NCBI GenBank assembly: GCA_963842525.1
Contig: CAWJGT010000009.1
Coordinates: forward strand, 640,001 to 704,000
From: an uncultured Holophagales bacterium
Lineage (GTDB): Bacteria; Acidobacteriota; Thermoanaerobaculia; Multivoradales; UBA5704
DNA length: 64,000 nt
Reading direction: 5' to 3'
Below, one piece after another: positions 9,970 through 19,746 of the stretch. The notes beneath the pieces were generated by a model that searched no databases, was not told the origin of the DNA, and saw nothing but the letters and a program-made list of their open reading frames with translations. Position numbers and translations under genes: made by a program. Numbering within the stretch: position 1 is the first letter of the stretch; each line of letters begins with the position of its first letter.

Positions 9970-10692
9970 ATGGACGAGGGGTCCCCCGTCTACCGCCGGG
10001 TGCTGCTCAAGCTCTCCGGCGAGGCCCTGATGGGCTCCCAATCGTTCGGGATCGACGAGACGGTGGTGGCCACCATCGCCGACGAGATCCGGGACATCCA
10101 CGCTCTGGGCGTGGAGATCTCGGTAGTCGTCGGCGGTGGCAACATCATTCGCGGCCTGGCCGCCAGCCACCGCGGCATCGACCGCGTGACCGGCGACTAC
10201 ATGGGCATGCTGGCCACCGTGATCAACGCCCTGGCCCTGCAGGACGCCCTGGAGAAGAGGAACGTCCCCACCCGGGTGCAGACGGCGATCGACATCCGCG
10301 AGGTGGCCGAGCCGTTCATCCGCCGCCGGGCCATGCGCCATCTAGAGAAGGGGCGGGTCGTCATCTTCGCGGCCGGCACGGGCAACCCCTTCTTCACGAC
10401 CGACAGCGCCGCGGCCCTGCGGGCCAACGAGATCCACGCCGAGGTCCTGCTCAAGGCCACCAAGGTCGACGGCCTCTACTCGGCAGATCCGGAGAAGGAC
10501 CCGAACGCCGAGCTCCTGCCCGAGGTCACCTACCAGGAGGTTCTGGAGAAGGACCTCAAGGTCATGGACACCGCGGCGATCAGCCTCTGCCGTGACAACG
10601 GCATCCCCATCGCCATCTTCAACCTGATGGCCCACGGCAACATCCGCCGGGTGATCTGCGGCGAGAGGGTGGGGTCGGTCGTACGGGCGTAG
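9970..10692 (+). CDS. pyrH: UMP kinase
   Basis: [24 protein letters not shown]. The start is the ATG at 9970, inside a longer ORF. Confidence 0.97.
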   Translation: MDEGSPVYRRVLLKLSGEALMGSQSFGIDETVVATIADEIRDIHALGVEISVVVGGGNIIRGLAASHRGIDRVTGDYMGMLATVINALALQDALEKRNVPTRVQTAIDIREVAEPFIRRRAMRHLEKGRVVIFAAGTGNPFFTTDSAAALRANEIHAEVLLKATKVDGLYSADPEKDPNAELLPEVTYQEVLEKDLKVMDTAAISLCRDNGIPIAIFNLMAHGNIRRVICGERVGSVVRA

Positions 10693-10766
10693 GCCGGCCG
10701 CCCGTTTGACAGCCGCGAGCGCTCGGGGAGAAGATTCTCGCTCGCCCGACGAAGAGGAGGGGAACC

Positions 10767-11321
10767 ATGAAAGAGGTGTTCAAGGACGTCGAGACGCGGA
10801 TGAAGCACGCGGTGGACCACTTCCACACCGAGCTCAAGCACATCCGGACCGGGCGGGCCTCGCTGGCGTTGCTGGACGGCGTCACGGTCGAGTACTACGG
10901 CACGCCGATGCCGATCAACCAACTCGCGACCCTGTCCGTGGCCGACGCTTCGATGATCGTGGCCCAGCCCTACGACTCGACGCAGATCTCGGCCATCGAG
11001 CGGGCCATCCTGAAGTCCGACCTGGGGCTCAACCCCTCGAACGACGGCAAGATCATCCGCATCCCGGTGCCGTCGCTGACCGAAGAGCGCCGCCGCGAGT
11101 TCGTCAAGAAGGCCCACGACTTTGCCGAGCACGCCAGGAACGGCATCCGCCAGGTCCGCCGCGAAGGCAACGACAAGCTCAAGAAGATGGAGAAGGACAA
11201 GGCGATCAGCCAGGACGACGAGCGGCGCGGCCTGGACGAGGTCCAGAAGCTCCACGACCGCTACATCGAAGAGATCGGCACCGCGCTCCACAAGAAAGAG
11301 CAGCAGATCATGGAGGTGTAG
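10767..11321 (+). CDS. frr: Ribosome recycling factor
   Basis: IRTGRAS, YYGTP and LTEERR motifs. Confidence 0.98.
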   Translation: MKEVFKDVETRMKHAVDHFHTELKHIRTGRASLALLDGVTVEYYGTPMPINQLATLSVADASMIVAQPYDSTQISAIERAILKSDLGLNPSNDGKIIRIPVPSLTEERRREFVKKAHDFAEHARNGIRQVRREGNDKLKKMEKDKAISQDDERRGLDEVQKLHDRYIEEIGTALHKKEQQIMEV

Positions 11322-11371
11322 GGGAGGGCTCCAGATGGCCGATCGGTGGTGTGCTTATGCCGGTCGGCCGA

Positions 11372-11582
11372 TCAGAGCTTGGCTTCGAGGTCGTACTGGA
11401 ATTCGGGTGTGACCTCGGCCCCCTTGGCGGCGATCTCACGGAGGTCATCATCGGGGAGATCGCCGATTGAAAGCAGCCGGCGCTTCTCGGAGGCGACGAG
11501 AACGGGAATCCGCTTCCCGTTCAAGAACTCCACGACATCGCGGTACACCGCCGGGTTGAGAGCCCTTAACCTTGTACCGCAT
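11372..11582 (-). pseudogene. Small ~69 aa protein with a 1-nt frameshift
   Basis: Removing one base at ~11563-11565 gives MRYKVKALNPAVYRDVVEFLNGKRIPVLVASEKRRLLSIGDLPDDDLREIAAKGAEVTPEFQYDLEAKL. Confidence 0.55.
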
Positions 11583-11725
11583 AAAGTCAGTGTAGCAGAT
11601 CCGGATCAGATGGCCTGGACTGCGGCCAGCCAGTCCAGCGCCAGCCTACTGAGGTTCAGTAGAGTGCACCGCTCGGTGTCGCTCATGGCCTACTGCCCCA
11701 TGTACAGGAATACACCCCAAGCCAA

Positions 11726-12655
11726 CTACTCACTGCATTCCCGAATCATAAGGCCGGTCTTCTCCCTCAAGAAGCTGACGAAGCTCTCATCAGTGGTAGG
11801 CGCGATGCACGTTCGCTTGGCCTCGCCCTCAGGGCACTTGCCGATACCTGAGATAATGCCAAACACACGGACCGACCCGCTCGGTGTATAATGGTTTCCA
11901 AGCCTTGTGAGCCTCTCCGGGATGAAAGCTGGTCCGCCACTGTCGAGAGGGCAGGCTGAAGTCCCCTGCCCTAGTTCCGGCCGGGCGGGCAGGAATCCGC
12001 CTTGGCGCTCGAGGATTTCCAGAACACCTGAGTTCGCCGCACTGGCCGCGCTCACGGGGCGAGGCCCGGCTCCCTGCTGTTCGATCAGTTCACAGAAGCC
12101 CGTGATCACCACCTTTGTAGCGGGTCTTGGAGCGCATCTCGTGAGTGCAAACGTATCCCCCAGATCAATATCTTCTCCGAGAGTACAGATCGCCCAGTCC
12201 TTCCACGTCTCTGGTGACGGGAATCTCGAACACTTAGCCCTCTTGGTTCCGACCTGCTTTCCAAGATCTACATCAATCTCAGGGGGTGCGGGGCTCTTGG
12301 GTACGCAGTGCCTGGCGGTCAGGAAGTCTCTCTTCGAGACGAAGAACCCCGTGCAGTCGTCCCCTGGATTGGCCGTGGGTCCAAGGGAGCGCACAAGCGC
12401 AAGTCTCTGCGGCAGCGGCGCCGCGTTGGGCTCACCTACCGTCTCACGCTCGACGCGCTTGGCGCTGAAGGTGAAGTCCTCGATGTCAACTGGGTGCTTC
12501 AGCTTGTAGTCGGCAATTGGAACCTCGATGGGGACCGCTTCTATCTCGAAGTACACTACCTCCCACCGTTGCTTGTGCTTGCAGCCAGCAAGTGCCGCAG
12601 CGATCAGGACGAGGGCCGTAAGCCGGACTGTCGGACTCCTAGACAGCGGGTTCAT
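11726..12655 (-). CDS. Trypsin-like (S1) serine protease lipoprotein
   Basis: Lipobox LAGC. Catalytic motifs LTARHC, DWAI and DSGGP. Confidence 0.85.
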   Translation of the reverse strand: MNPLSRSPTVRLTALVLIAAALAGCKHKQRWEVVYFEIEAVPIEVPIADYKLKHPVDIEDFTFSAKRVERETVGEPNAAPLPQRLALVRSLGPTANPGDDCTGFFVSKRDFLTARHCVPKSPAPPEIDVDLGKQVGTKRAKCSRFPSPETWKDWAICTLGEDIDLGDTFALTRCAPRPATKVVITGFCELIEQQGAGPRPVSAASAANSGVLEILERQGGFLPARPELGQGTSACPLDSGGPAFIPERLTRLGNHYTPSGSVRVFGIISGIGKCPEGEAKRTCIAPTTDESFVSFLREKTGLMIRECSE

Positions 12656-13463
12656 CGTGCACCTCCCAACTCAGGAAGGGCCAGTCGCCCTGAACCCAGG
12701 CCGCATCCGGGCAGATGGGATTTCCTGGCGTCACCTGGCCATCGCGGGCCAACTGCGGCCGATGATTCGCCACGCGCTCGAACATGTGAAAGTGGGGCAC
12801 TAGGACAAGGTTCTCCTGAATATTTATGAACGGAAGAGAGACGGTCGCGGGCTCGTTGCTGATGCTGAATTCAACCACCCCGCCGACCGGTGTGAGAGAG
12901 AAAGAGTTTTCACCGTGGTCGACCGTAAGCCGGGAGAGGCCCTCCAGTTGAAGATGGACGAACTCCGCGATCACCCCGACTCCCTTCCACTTCACCGGAC
13001 CCTGGTCGTCGGTAACCTCTCCGGAGGCAAAGAGGGTGCCGGCAGGCAGTGCGATACGGGACGTCACCTTCTCGATCCGGCCGTCCTGCTGCGGCTGAGT
13101 CACGGCCGTGACGCCCAAGCGGCGCAAGTCCGGGACCTTTGCCATGGAGTCATCTCGCACGAACGCCGTCGCTGTCTCAGTCTCCGCCCGGATGCGCACG
13201 ATGGTGTTTGCCAACGAAACGCGGGTGATCGCGCGGCCATCTGGCCCGATGATGTACTGGTCCCAGCCTGGCAAAGCCGGTTGGTGGATGTTTCCCAGGT
13301 TCCCGCGGCTCTCATAGAGAAAGGCCATGTACGGATGGTGCCGGTGGTGCTCAGGCGCGTCCGCGGTGTCCAGCACGAGAAACTCGGCAGATTTCGGTTT
13401 CTCGGCGTCGTCCATGACCAGGAGGCAGAGTCCGGTCATCGTCAATTTCGCATCAAAGCTCAT
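12639..13463 (-). CDS. Hypothetical protein, ~274 aa
   Basis: GGAGG RBS before the ATG at 13463. Overlaps both neighbours. Motifs TGLC, HHRHHP, HFHMF, PICP. Confidence 0.8.
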   Translation of the reverse strand: MSFDAKLTMTGLCLLVMDDAEKPKSAEFLVLDTADAPEHHRHHPYMAFLYESRGNLGNIHQPALPGWDQYIIGPDGRAITRVSLANTIVRIRAETETATAFVRDDSMAKVPDLRRLGVTAVTQPQQDGRIEKVTSRIALPAGTLFASGEVTDDQGPVKWKGVGVIAEFVHLQLEGLSRLTVDHGENSFSLTPVGGVVEFSISNEPATVSLPFINIQENLVLVPHFHMFERVANHRPQLARDGQVTPGNPICPDAAWVQGDWPFLSWEVHDEPAV

Positions 13464-14289
13464 CTTTTGTTCCTCCAAAGACGACGTAGTTTGCCCATTG
13501 AAACGTGTTTCGCTCGTTCCGCTTCAACTCATCGAGTACGCTCTGTCTAAATGCTGAAGGGGCAGGCTCCCCGGCTACGCTTCGGGCGTGAAAGGACTGC
13601 ATGAACTGCGGCGCCCAGTTATCACTGATCGGCGATATTGTCGCTATCACATTCCTGGCTCCACGTGCCAGAAAGACCGCGGCGAGTCCTCCGAGGTCCT
13701 CACGGTGGAGCCCTACGGCTCTCGCAGTGTCGCAGCCGGACAGGACAACAAGGTCCAGGTGCTCCATCTTCACGCCGCTCAGGTCGTTTAGTGTCACTCT
13801 TGAGTCGCCATGTGGGGCGGCGCCATCGGCGGCAAGATGCAGCGCCGTCTCCACGAATGAGTCCTGGTTCACCTCCACGTGCCCCGCGAAATGCAAAATC
13901 GTGTTCGAGCTGAGCGCCTGGAGGAACCTCGCCTTCGTAGCGGCTGGGCCGGTCAACAGAACGGCATTGTCATAGAGGCCTGCCACGGTTTCGGCTTCGC
14001 GCAGAGCTCCGGGCAAATCGGGTAGCCGCTGGTGGGCCGCGGGGTCGAGCGTCGGGTCGCCCACGACGAGCGCCGATCTCTCCAGCACTTTTTCGTGCCG
14101 AGCGGGCAGCGTTGCCAGAAGCGACAGACTCGGCGAAACCACGATCTCATGGTCCTCTATCATGAGCCTGCCCGTCGATGGATTTCTGAGGGCCGCCACC
14201 GGTAGCACTCCCAGCACAGTATCCGGAATGAACACGACTCGGTGATCCGCCGCAGAAAGCCCCGCAGGCTGCACCAGCTTCGTATAGAG

Positions 14290-15948
14290 GTATCTGTTTA
14301 CCGCCCTAGTGCCGCCTTCCCCGAGCGGTGGCACGTCCGCAAGGGCTTGAAGTTCTCTTCTCGGCATGGTCTAATGTCTTTCAGGCATGCCGACTTACGA
14401 GGAACTCCTTCAAGAGAACTCTGAGCTTCGCCAAGACAACGGTGAGCTTCGCCAGCGGGTGGAGGAGCAGGAGCGCCAGATTGCGCACCTGAAGCGCCGA
14501 ATCGTCGATCTGGAGAAACTTGTCGAGGAGCTACGGCGCCGGGGCAAACGCCAGGCTGCCCCCTTCTCGAAGGGAGATCCGAGCGAGGATCCCAAGTCTC
14601 CAGGGCGCAAAGCCGGGGATCAATATGGTCAGCAAGCGACTCGAGCTGTGCCCGATCACGTCGACGAAACCATCGTGGTGGAGTGCCCGCTGTATTGTGA
14701 GCACTGTGGGGGTCAGGTCATTCCGCAGGGCGAAGCTCGCCAGTATCAGACCGATCTGCCGCCGATTCGGCCGGTGACGACGGAGTTCATCCTCCATTAT
14801 GGGAAGTGCTCGGCATGTGGCCGGGAAGCTGTGGGGCGTCACCCGCGCCAGACTTCCCAGGCGTTCCGGGTCGGCAACGTGCAACTCGGTCCAAACGTGT
14901 TGGGGCTCGCCGCCTGGCTCAACAAGGTCGGAGGCTTGAGCTACGGCAAGATCGCCGCGTTGCTGAAGGAGCTGGCTGGACTGTCTGTGTCGCGCTCGGC
15001 CCTGTGCCGCGCGCTGCTTCGCATGAGTAAGAAGCTGGAGCCCTTGTACGAGGAGCTGAAGGCGAAGATCCGGAGCTTCTCCTGTGGTGTACCCGGACGA
15101 GACGGGCTGGCGGGAGGGGGGCTATAGCGTGTGGTTGTGGGTGTTCACCAATCGCAGCGAGACGGTCTACAGCATCCAGCCGGGTCGTGGCTATGCCGAG
15201 GCCTCTGAGGTCCTGGGGGAGGGCTTTGTCGGCGTGCTGGTGGCTGATGGTTGGGCTCCCTATCAGAAATTTGAAGAAGCGACTCATCAGACCTGTCTGG
15301 CGCATCTGTTGCGCCGTTGCGAGGAGCTGCTGGAGAAGGCGACAGGGGGTGCGGTGCGCTTTCCTCGGGCGGTGAAAGAGATCCTGCAGGCCGCCTTGGA
15401 GGCGCGAGATCAGCGGGACGCGGGCAAGCTCAGCGGCGAGGCGCTGGAGAAGGTCAAGCAGGACTTGGAGTCTCCAGATGGAAAGGCGTCTGTCGGGGCA
15501 GTTCACGAACCCCGACAACCAGCGTCTGGCTCAGCATTTGATACGTCACCAGGAGCAGCTGTTTGTCTTCCTGGAACGCACGGATGTGGAGGCGACCAAT
15601 TGGCCGGCCGAACAAGGGATTCGCCCGGCGGTCATCAACCGCAAGACATCTGGGGGAAATCGGACGGCCGAGGGGTCCCAGGCGCAAGCGGTCTTGATGA
15701 GTGCCCTGCGCACATTTCAGCAACACCAAGTCGGGACACTCGAGATCTTGCCCCAGCTTCTGCGCAGCCCCCAGCTACCGAAGCTTGAGGCAATACTTCC
15801 TGCGTCACAGCCACCGTAACAGTTCTCGCCACGAGTTATCCGTGGCTCCAGGTCGGTAGCCGCTCGCCCTCGTCAGGTCGCCTGGCCAGCGCGGACGTGT
15901 GTCCAGGGAAAACCTTCCCCAAAAGTGCCGCTGACGGTAAACAGATAC
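14290..15948 (+). mobile_element. IS66-family insertion sequence, single-ORF (ISBst12-like) type
   Basis: 14-bp terminal IR GTATCTGTTTACCG. 8-bp TSD GTATAGAG at 14282-14289 and 15949-15956. Confidence 0.93.
14387..15819 (+). pseudogene. IS66 transposase with two apparent +1 frameshifts
   Basis: Coiled coil, CxxCG zinc finger, DETGW, LVADG, QTCLAH and TNWPAEQGIRP are spread over three frames. Breaks at ~15078 and ~15471. Confidence 0.88.
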
Positions 15949-18626
15949 GTATAGAGTTCGGTTGCCAGCTCGAGAGTCCGATCATTCTGAGGGTTTTGAC
16001 GGACTCCGGCTACGAATTCTCCGACCAGCCGAGTCAGCGTCTCCCGGGGCAGCGGAACCACATCGTGTCGGATTCCCTTCTTAGATACGACGGTCGTTAG
16101 CAGTCTGGTCGGGAGGGTCGTGTGCATCACCACCCTGACTCCCTCGGGAAGCTCCCGTAGTAGACGCTCTCCGAGTGCGTTCGTGCCGGAGGCATGCCTC
16201 CCAGCAAGGTCTGCCGCGACCTGGGAGCGCATCCGGTCTGCGATCCGCAAGATCTGCTGCTCGTCAGTTGGGCTCTTCGCCAGCTCGTGCTCTAGGATTT
16301 GTTCCCAGACCGAGCGCGAGAGGGCGGCGGCCCGGGCTCGTATCTCCAGGTCATCGGAACTGGCCCCGACAGTATCGAAATACTGGGCGGCCCTACGGAG
16401 GGCTTCCTCCGCCGGTTCGTGGAGGCCCTGCCTCTCCAAAGCCTCCGACCTGGCTAGGTAGACCTGCAACCTCTCGTAGAGGTAGCCGGCGTCCGCCTGC
16501 TGGCCGAACGCGCCGTCCAGCAGCGCGGTCGATCGCTCGGGGTCGCGTCCCACCATCGCTAGCGCCTCGACGAGGTTCAGCGAAACGAGGATGCTATCCT
16601 TGAGGCTGCTCTCTGGAAGCTGCGAAGCCGCTTCCCGAGAGCCGGTGAGATCCGCGATCGCGCGTTCATATTCGTTGAGCTGGACCCATGCCCGCGCCCT
16701 CTGCCGCAACGCGTCCGCGAACCCCGTCGGTTTGTCCCAACGGCTGGCGTTGATCAACAGTTGCTTGCCGATCTGCAGTGAGAGACGAGCCAGCCCTTGT
16801 CGTCGCAGATCGACCATCGCCTCACTCAACATGGCATGGATCCTTCGATAATCGTTCGTATAGGCAAGAACTGCGAATGCGCGCGAGCGGTACCACCAGC
16901 CGCGTCGAACGTCGCCGAGCTCGTCGTAGGCGGTGGCAATCAACACGTTGGTAAATGCCGAGCCTCGCTCCCCACTGCTCTGCTGCAGGAAGTCGTGCGC
17001 TTTGAAGTATCTCTTCAGAGCTGTAGCGGCGTCCCCCCTCACCTGATCGATTGTCCCTCGCATCCATTGCACCCGACCGCGAAGCGGGCGGTAGCCGGGA
17101 TCGAGAGCCTGCTCCAAACCGCTGAGAATACGATCAGCTTTCTCCGCGTCGCGGTAGTAGATACAGATCGACCGGAAGAAGGTCGCCCAGTGTACGAAGG
17201 GAGATCCCGCGTCTCGAAAGCCCGTCTCGGCTCTCTCGAACAGGTCTTCCGCGGCCTTGGTGTCCTGGTCTTCGTAGAGCTGCCGCGCCAAGTGGTAATC
17301 GCGATGCGCTTGGCGTAGGTGCGCCGCTCTTTCCGCGTCGCCGGAGGTTTTGTTGATCACCTCGGCCTCGTCGGCGAGAAGAGTGTCCCGTCCGGCTTGC
17401 TTGAGGGCGTCGGCGATTGTCCAGATAGTCTGAGCGGTCACCACCGCGCGCGGTTCGTCGAATTCATCCGCCCATCTACCGAGCAGGTGGTCCTCCACCG
17501 CGATCCGAGCGAGGTAAGGTTCGCGAGCGGCAAACTCCGCTAGCAGCCCGGGGGCCGTGAACTCCCCTTCCTCAATGGCTCGCGCCGTCTCTTCTCTGCG
17601 TGCCGAAGCTTCCAGGTGGTCTGTGATCTCCGAAAGCTTCCTGGAAGAGAGGCTCGCCCAGTACGGATCGCCGGCTTCAGCGACTCTCCTCCAGTGCTTG
17701 AGCGCCAGATCGGTGAGGTGTAGCTTTGTCAAGATGAGGGCGCGGTTGTAGCCCAGTTGAGGGGACCAGCCCAGGTCCCGGATTGCAAGATCCACCAGCT
17801 CGAGAGCCTGCAGATAATTCAACGGGGCATTCGTTTCCCTACCTAGGTTCAGATGGGCAATCGCGGCGTCGTTCAGTAGTTCACCGCCTCTTGCTGCCGC
17901 CTCGGCAGAAAGTACCTCCGTGGCAGCCCGGTAGTCGCCTACCGCTAGGCGGAACAGCCCCTGCCAAGCTGGGTCAGAGGAACTCGCTCGCAGACAGTTC
18001 CCGACATCCTTCAGAAGAAGCAGCCGTCGTGTCTTGTGGTTCGTCTTGGCCGGGTGGAGGCTCGGTGGCGGAACCGAGAGTACGACGCCATCGATTTCTG
18101 GCGTGAGGGCAATCGCCTCGGCCAGCATCTCTTTTGGGGATGGACGGCAGGCGCCCGAGAGAAGAGACAAAACGAGGAGCGGAGATAGGAGGGTGGTTGA
18201 AGGGCGGCGAATCCGGAGAGCCATTCGATCGTCTCCCAATTTTAGTACTCGGACCGCCCGCCTACTGAATCTTCACTCTGCGGTGCCAGCCTGAGATCTG
18301 AGGCCAGTACTACACGGTGCTAAAATGCCCATCCTGCGAGTTCGGTCGTGGCCTTTATCTTAAGCCAAGTTGTCCGGCCGCCACCGAAGTAGGCGAAAAC
18401 GTGCTAGCTGAACGTAGGAAGTCCGTTACGCCGGGTTTGCGGCCATTGTTCTCTCCATTTTATTGGACCTCCCGCTGGTTTGGAGGCTTCGCTGAGCGGC
18501 GCGGCCTCGACGAGCAGCAGATCATGGAGGTGTCGGGACAAAGGTCCAGACGGCCTATCGATGGCACGCTGAATCGCTATCGATATCGGGCGGCCGAAGG
18601 TGAGGCGCGTATCATCTCGTATTGCC

Positions 18627-19349
18627 ATGTTCCTCTACGGCTACCATCCCGTCCGCGAAGCCCTTCGCCACAGGCCGCACGAGGTCGTCCGCGTCCTGGT
18701 GAGCACCAGCCGGACCGGCCGGCGGCGCGAGGAGATCGAGAATCTTTGCCAGCGGCACCGGGTGCCGCTGGAGGTCGTCCCGGAGAAGGTGCTCTCGCAG
18801 CGGGCCGGCCCGGCCCACAACGGCATGGCGGCCGAGGTGGCGACCTCACCTCCGGCCGAGACGGCAGGCGGGGATCCGCATCTGGTCGTGCTCCTGGAGG
18901 ACGTCCAGGACCCGCGCAACCTGGGGGCTGTCTTGCGGGTCTGCGAGGGGGCGGGGGTCGGCCGGGTGCTGATCCGCGACCGCGGCTCGGCTCCGGTCTC
19001 GCCCACGGTCGCCAAGACCTCCGCCGGCGCCAGCGAGTGGCTCGACGTCGAGCGCATCACCAACACCGCCGCCGAGCTCGAGCGCCTCAAGGAGGAGGGC
19101 TTCTGGGTCTATGGCACCGATGCGGACGGCGAGCCGCCCTGGGAGATCGACCTCACCGGCAAGGTCGTCCTCCTCTTCGGCGGCGAGGAGAAGGGGCTCC
19201 GCGCCCGCACCCGCCAGATCTCTGACCGCCTGATCGGCCTGCCCATGCGCGGCAAGGTCGGCTCCCTCAACATCTCCACCGCGGCGGCGGCGGTCCTGTA
19301 TGAAGCGGTGCGGCAGCGGAGCTTGCCACGGCGGGATGACAACGGCTAA
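18627..19349 (+). CDS. rlmB: 23S rRNA 2'-O-methyltransferase, TrmH/SpoU family
   Basis: YGYHPVREAL, DPRNLGA, GGEEKG and SLNIS motifs. Confidence 0.93.
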   Translation: MFLYGYHPVREALRHRPHEVVRVLVSTSRTGRRREEIENLCQRHRVPLEVVPEKVLSQRAGPAHNGMAAEVATSPPAETAGGDPHLVVLLEDVQDPRNLGAVLRVCEGAGVGRVLIRDRGSAPVSPTVAKTSAGASEWLDVERITNTAAELERLKEEGFWVYGTDADGEPPWEIDLTGKVVLLFGGEEKGLRARTRQISDRLIGLPMRGKVGSLNISTAAAAVLYEAVRQRSLPRRDDNG

Positions 19350-19421
19350 ACTCTCCGCCGCTCTGGAATAGGGGCTGCCCTGGGAGAGTTCTTGAGCCTG
19401 GGCTTCCCTGAAGGGGGAACC

Positions 19422-19496
19422 GCCGGCATAGCTCAGGGGTAGAGCTACTGTCTTGTAAACAGTAGGTCCCCGGTTCGATTCCGGGTGCCGGCTCCA
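19422..19496 (+). tRNA. tRNA-Thr(TGT)
   Basis: Cloverleaf with anticodon loop CTTGTAA, GTTCGA T-loop and encoded CCA. Confidence 0.97.
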
Positions 19497-19524
19497 TCCG
19501 CGGAGCAGCAGGCAAGCGTTCTTT

Positions 19525-19611
19525 GGAGGCGTACCCGAGTGGCCAAAGGGGGCAGACTGTAAATCTGCTGGGCAACGCCCTACGGTGGTTCGAATCCATC
19601 CGCCTCCACCA
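19525..19611 (+). tRNA. tRNA-Tyr(GTA)
   Basis: Anticodon loop CTGTAAA, long variable arm, CCA end. Confidence 0.97.
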
Positions 19612-19620
19612 TCTCTCTTT

Positions 19621-19695
19621 GCGGGAGTAACTCAGGGGTAGAGTCACAGCCTTCCAAGCTGTTGGTCGCGGGTTCGAATCCCGTCTCCCGCTCCA
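19621..19695 (+). tRNA. tRNA-Gly(TCC)
   Basis: Anticodon loop CTTCCAA, CCA end. Confidence 0.97.
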
Positions 19696-19746
19696 TTTCA
19701 TCTTCCAAAAAAGCTCGGGCCACCGCAGGGGGAAGAGAAGCGCTCC

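Larger units (their letters stand above)
13453..18224 (-). pseudogene. TPR-CHAT caspase-like protease (~1030 aa) interrupted by IS66
   Basis: TPR part at 15949-18224 and CHAT part at 13453-14289 (LHFAGH, VLSGC). Removing the IS plus one TSD copy rejoins the frame as ELYTKLVQP. Confidence 0.88.
11322..18572. mobile_element. Genomic island at the frr 3' end
   Basis: 11298-11319 is repeated exactly at 18512-18533, with degenerate similarity on both sides. Cargo is on the opposite strand and visibly less GC-rich. No integrase seen. Confidence 0.7.
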
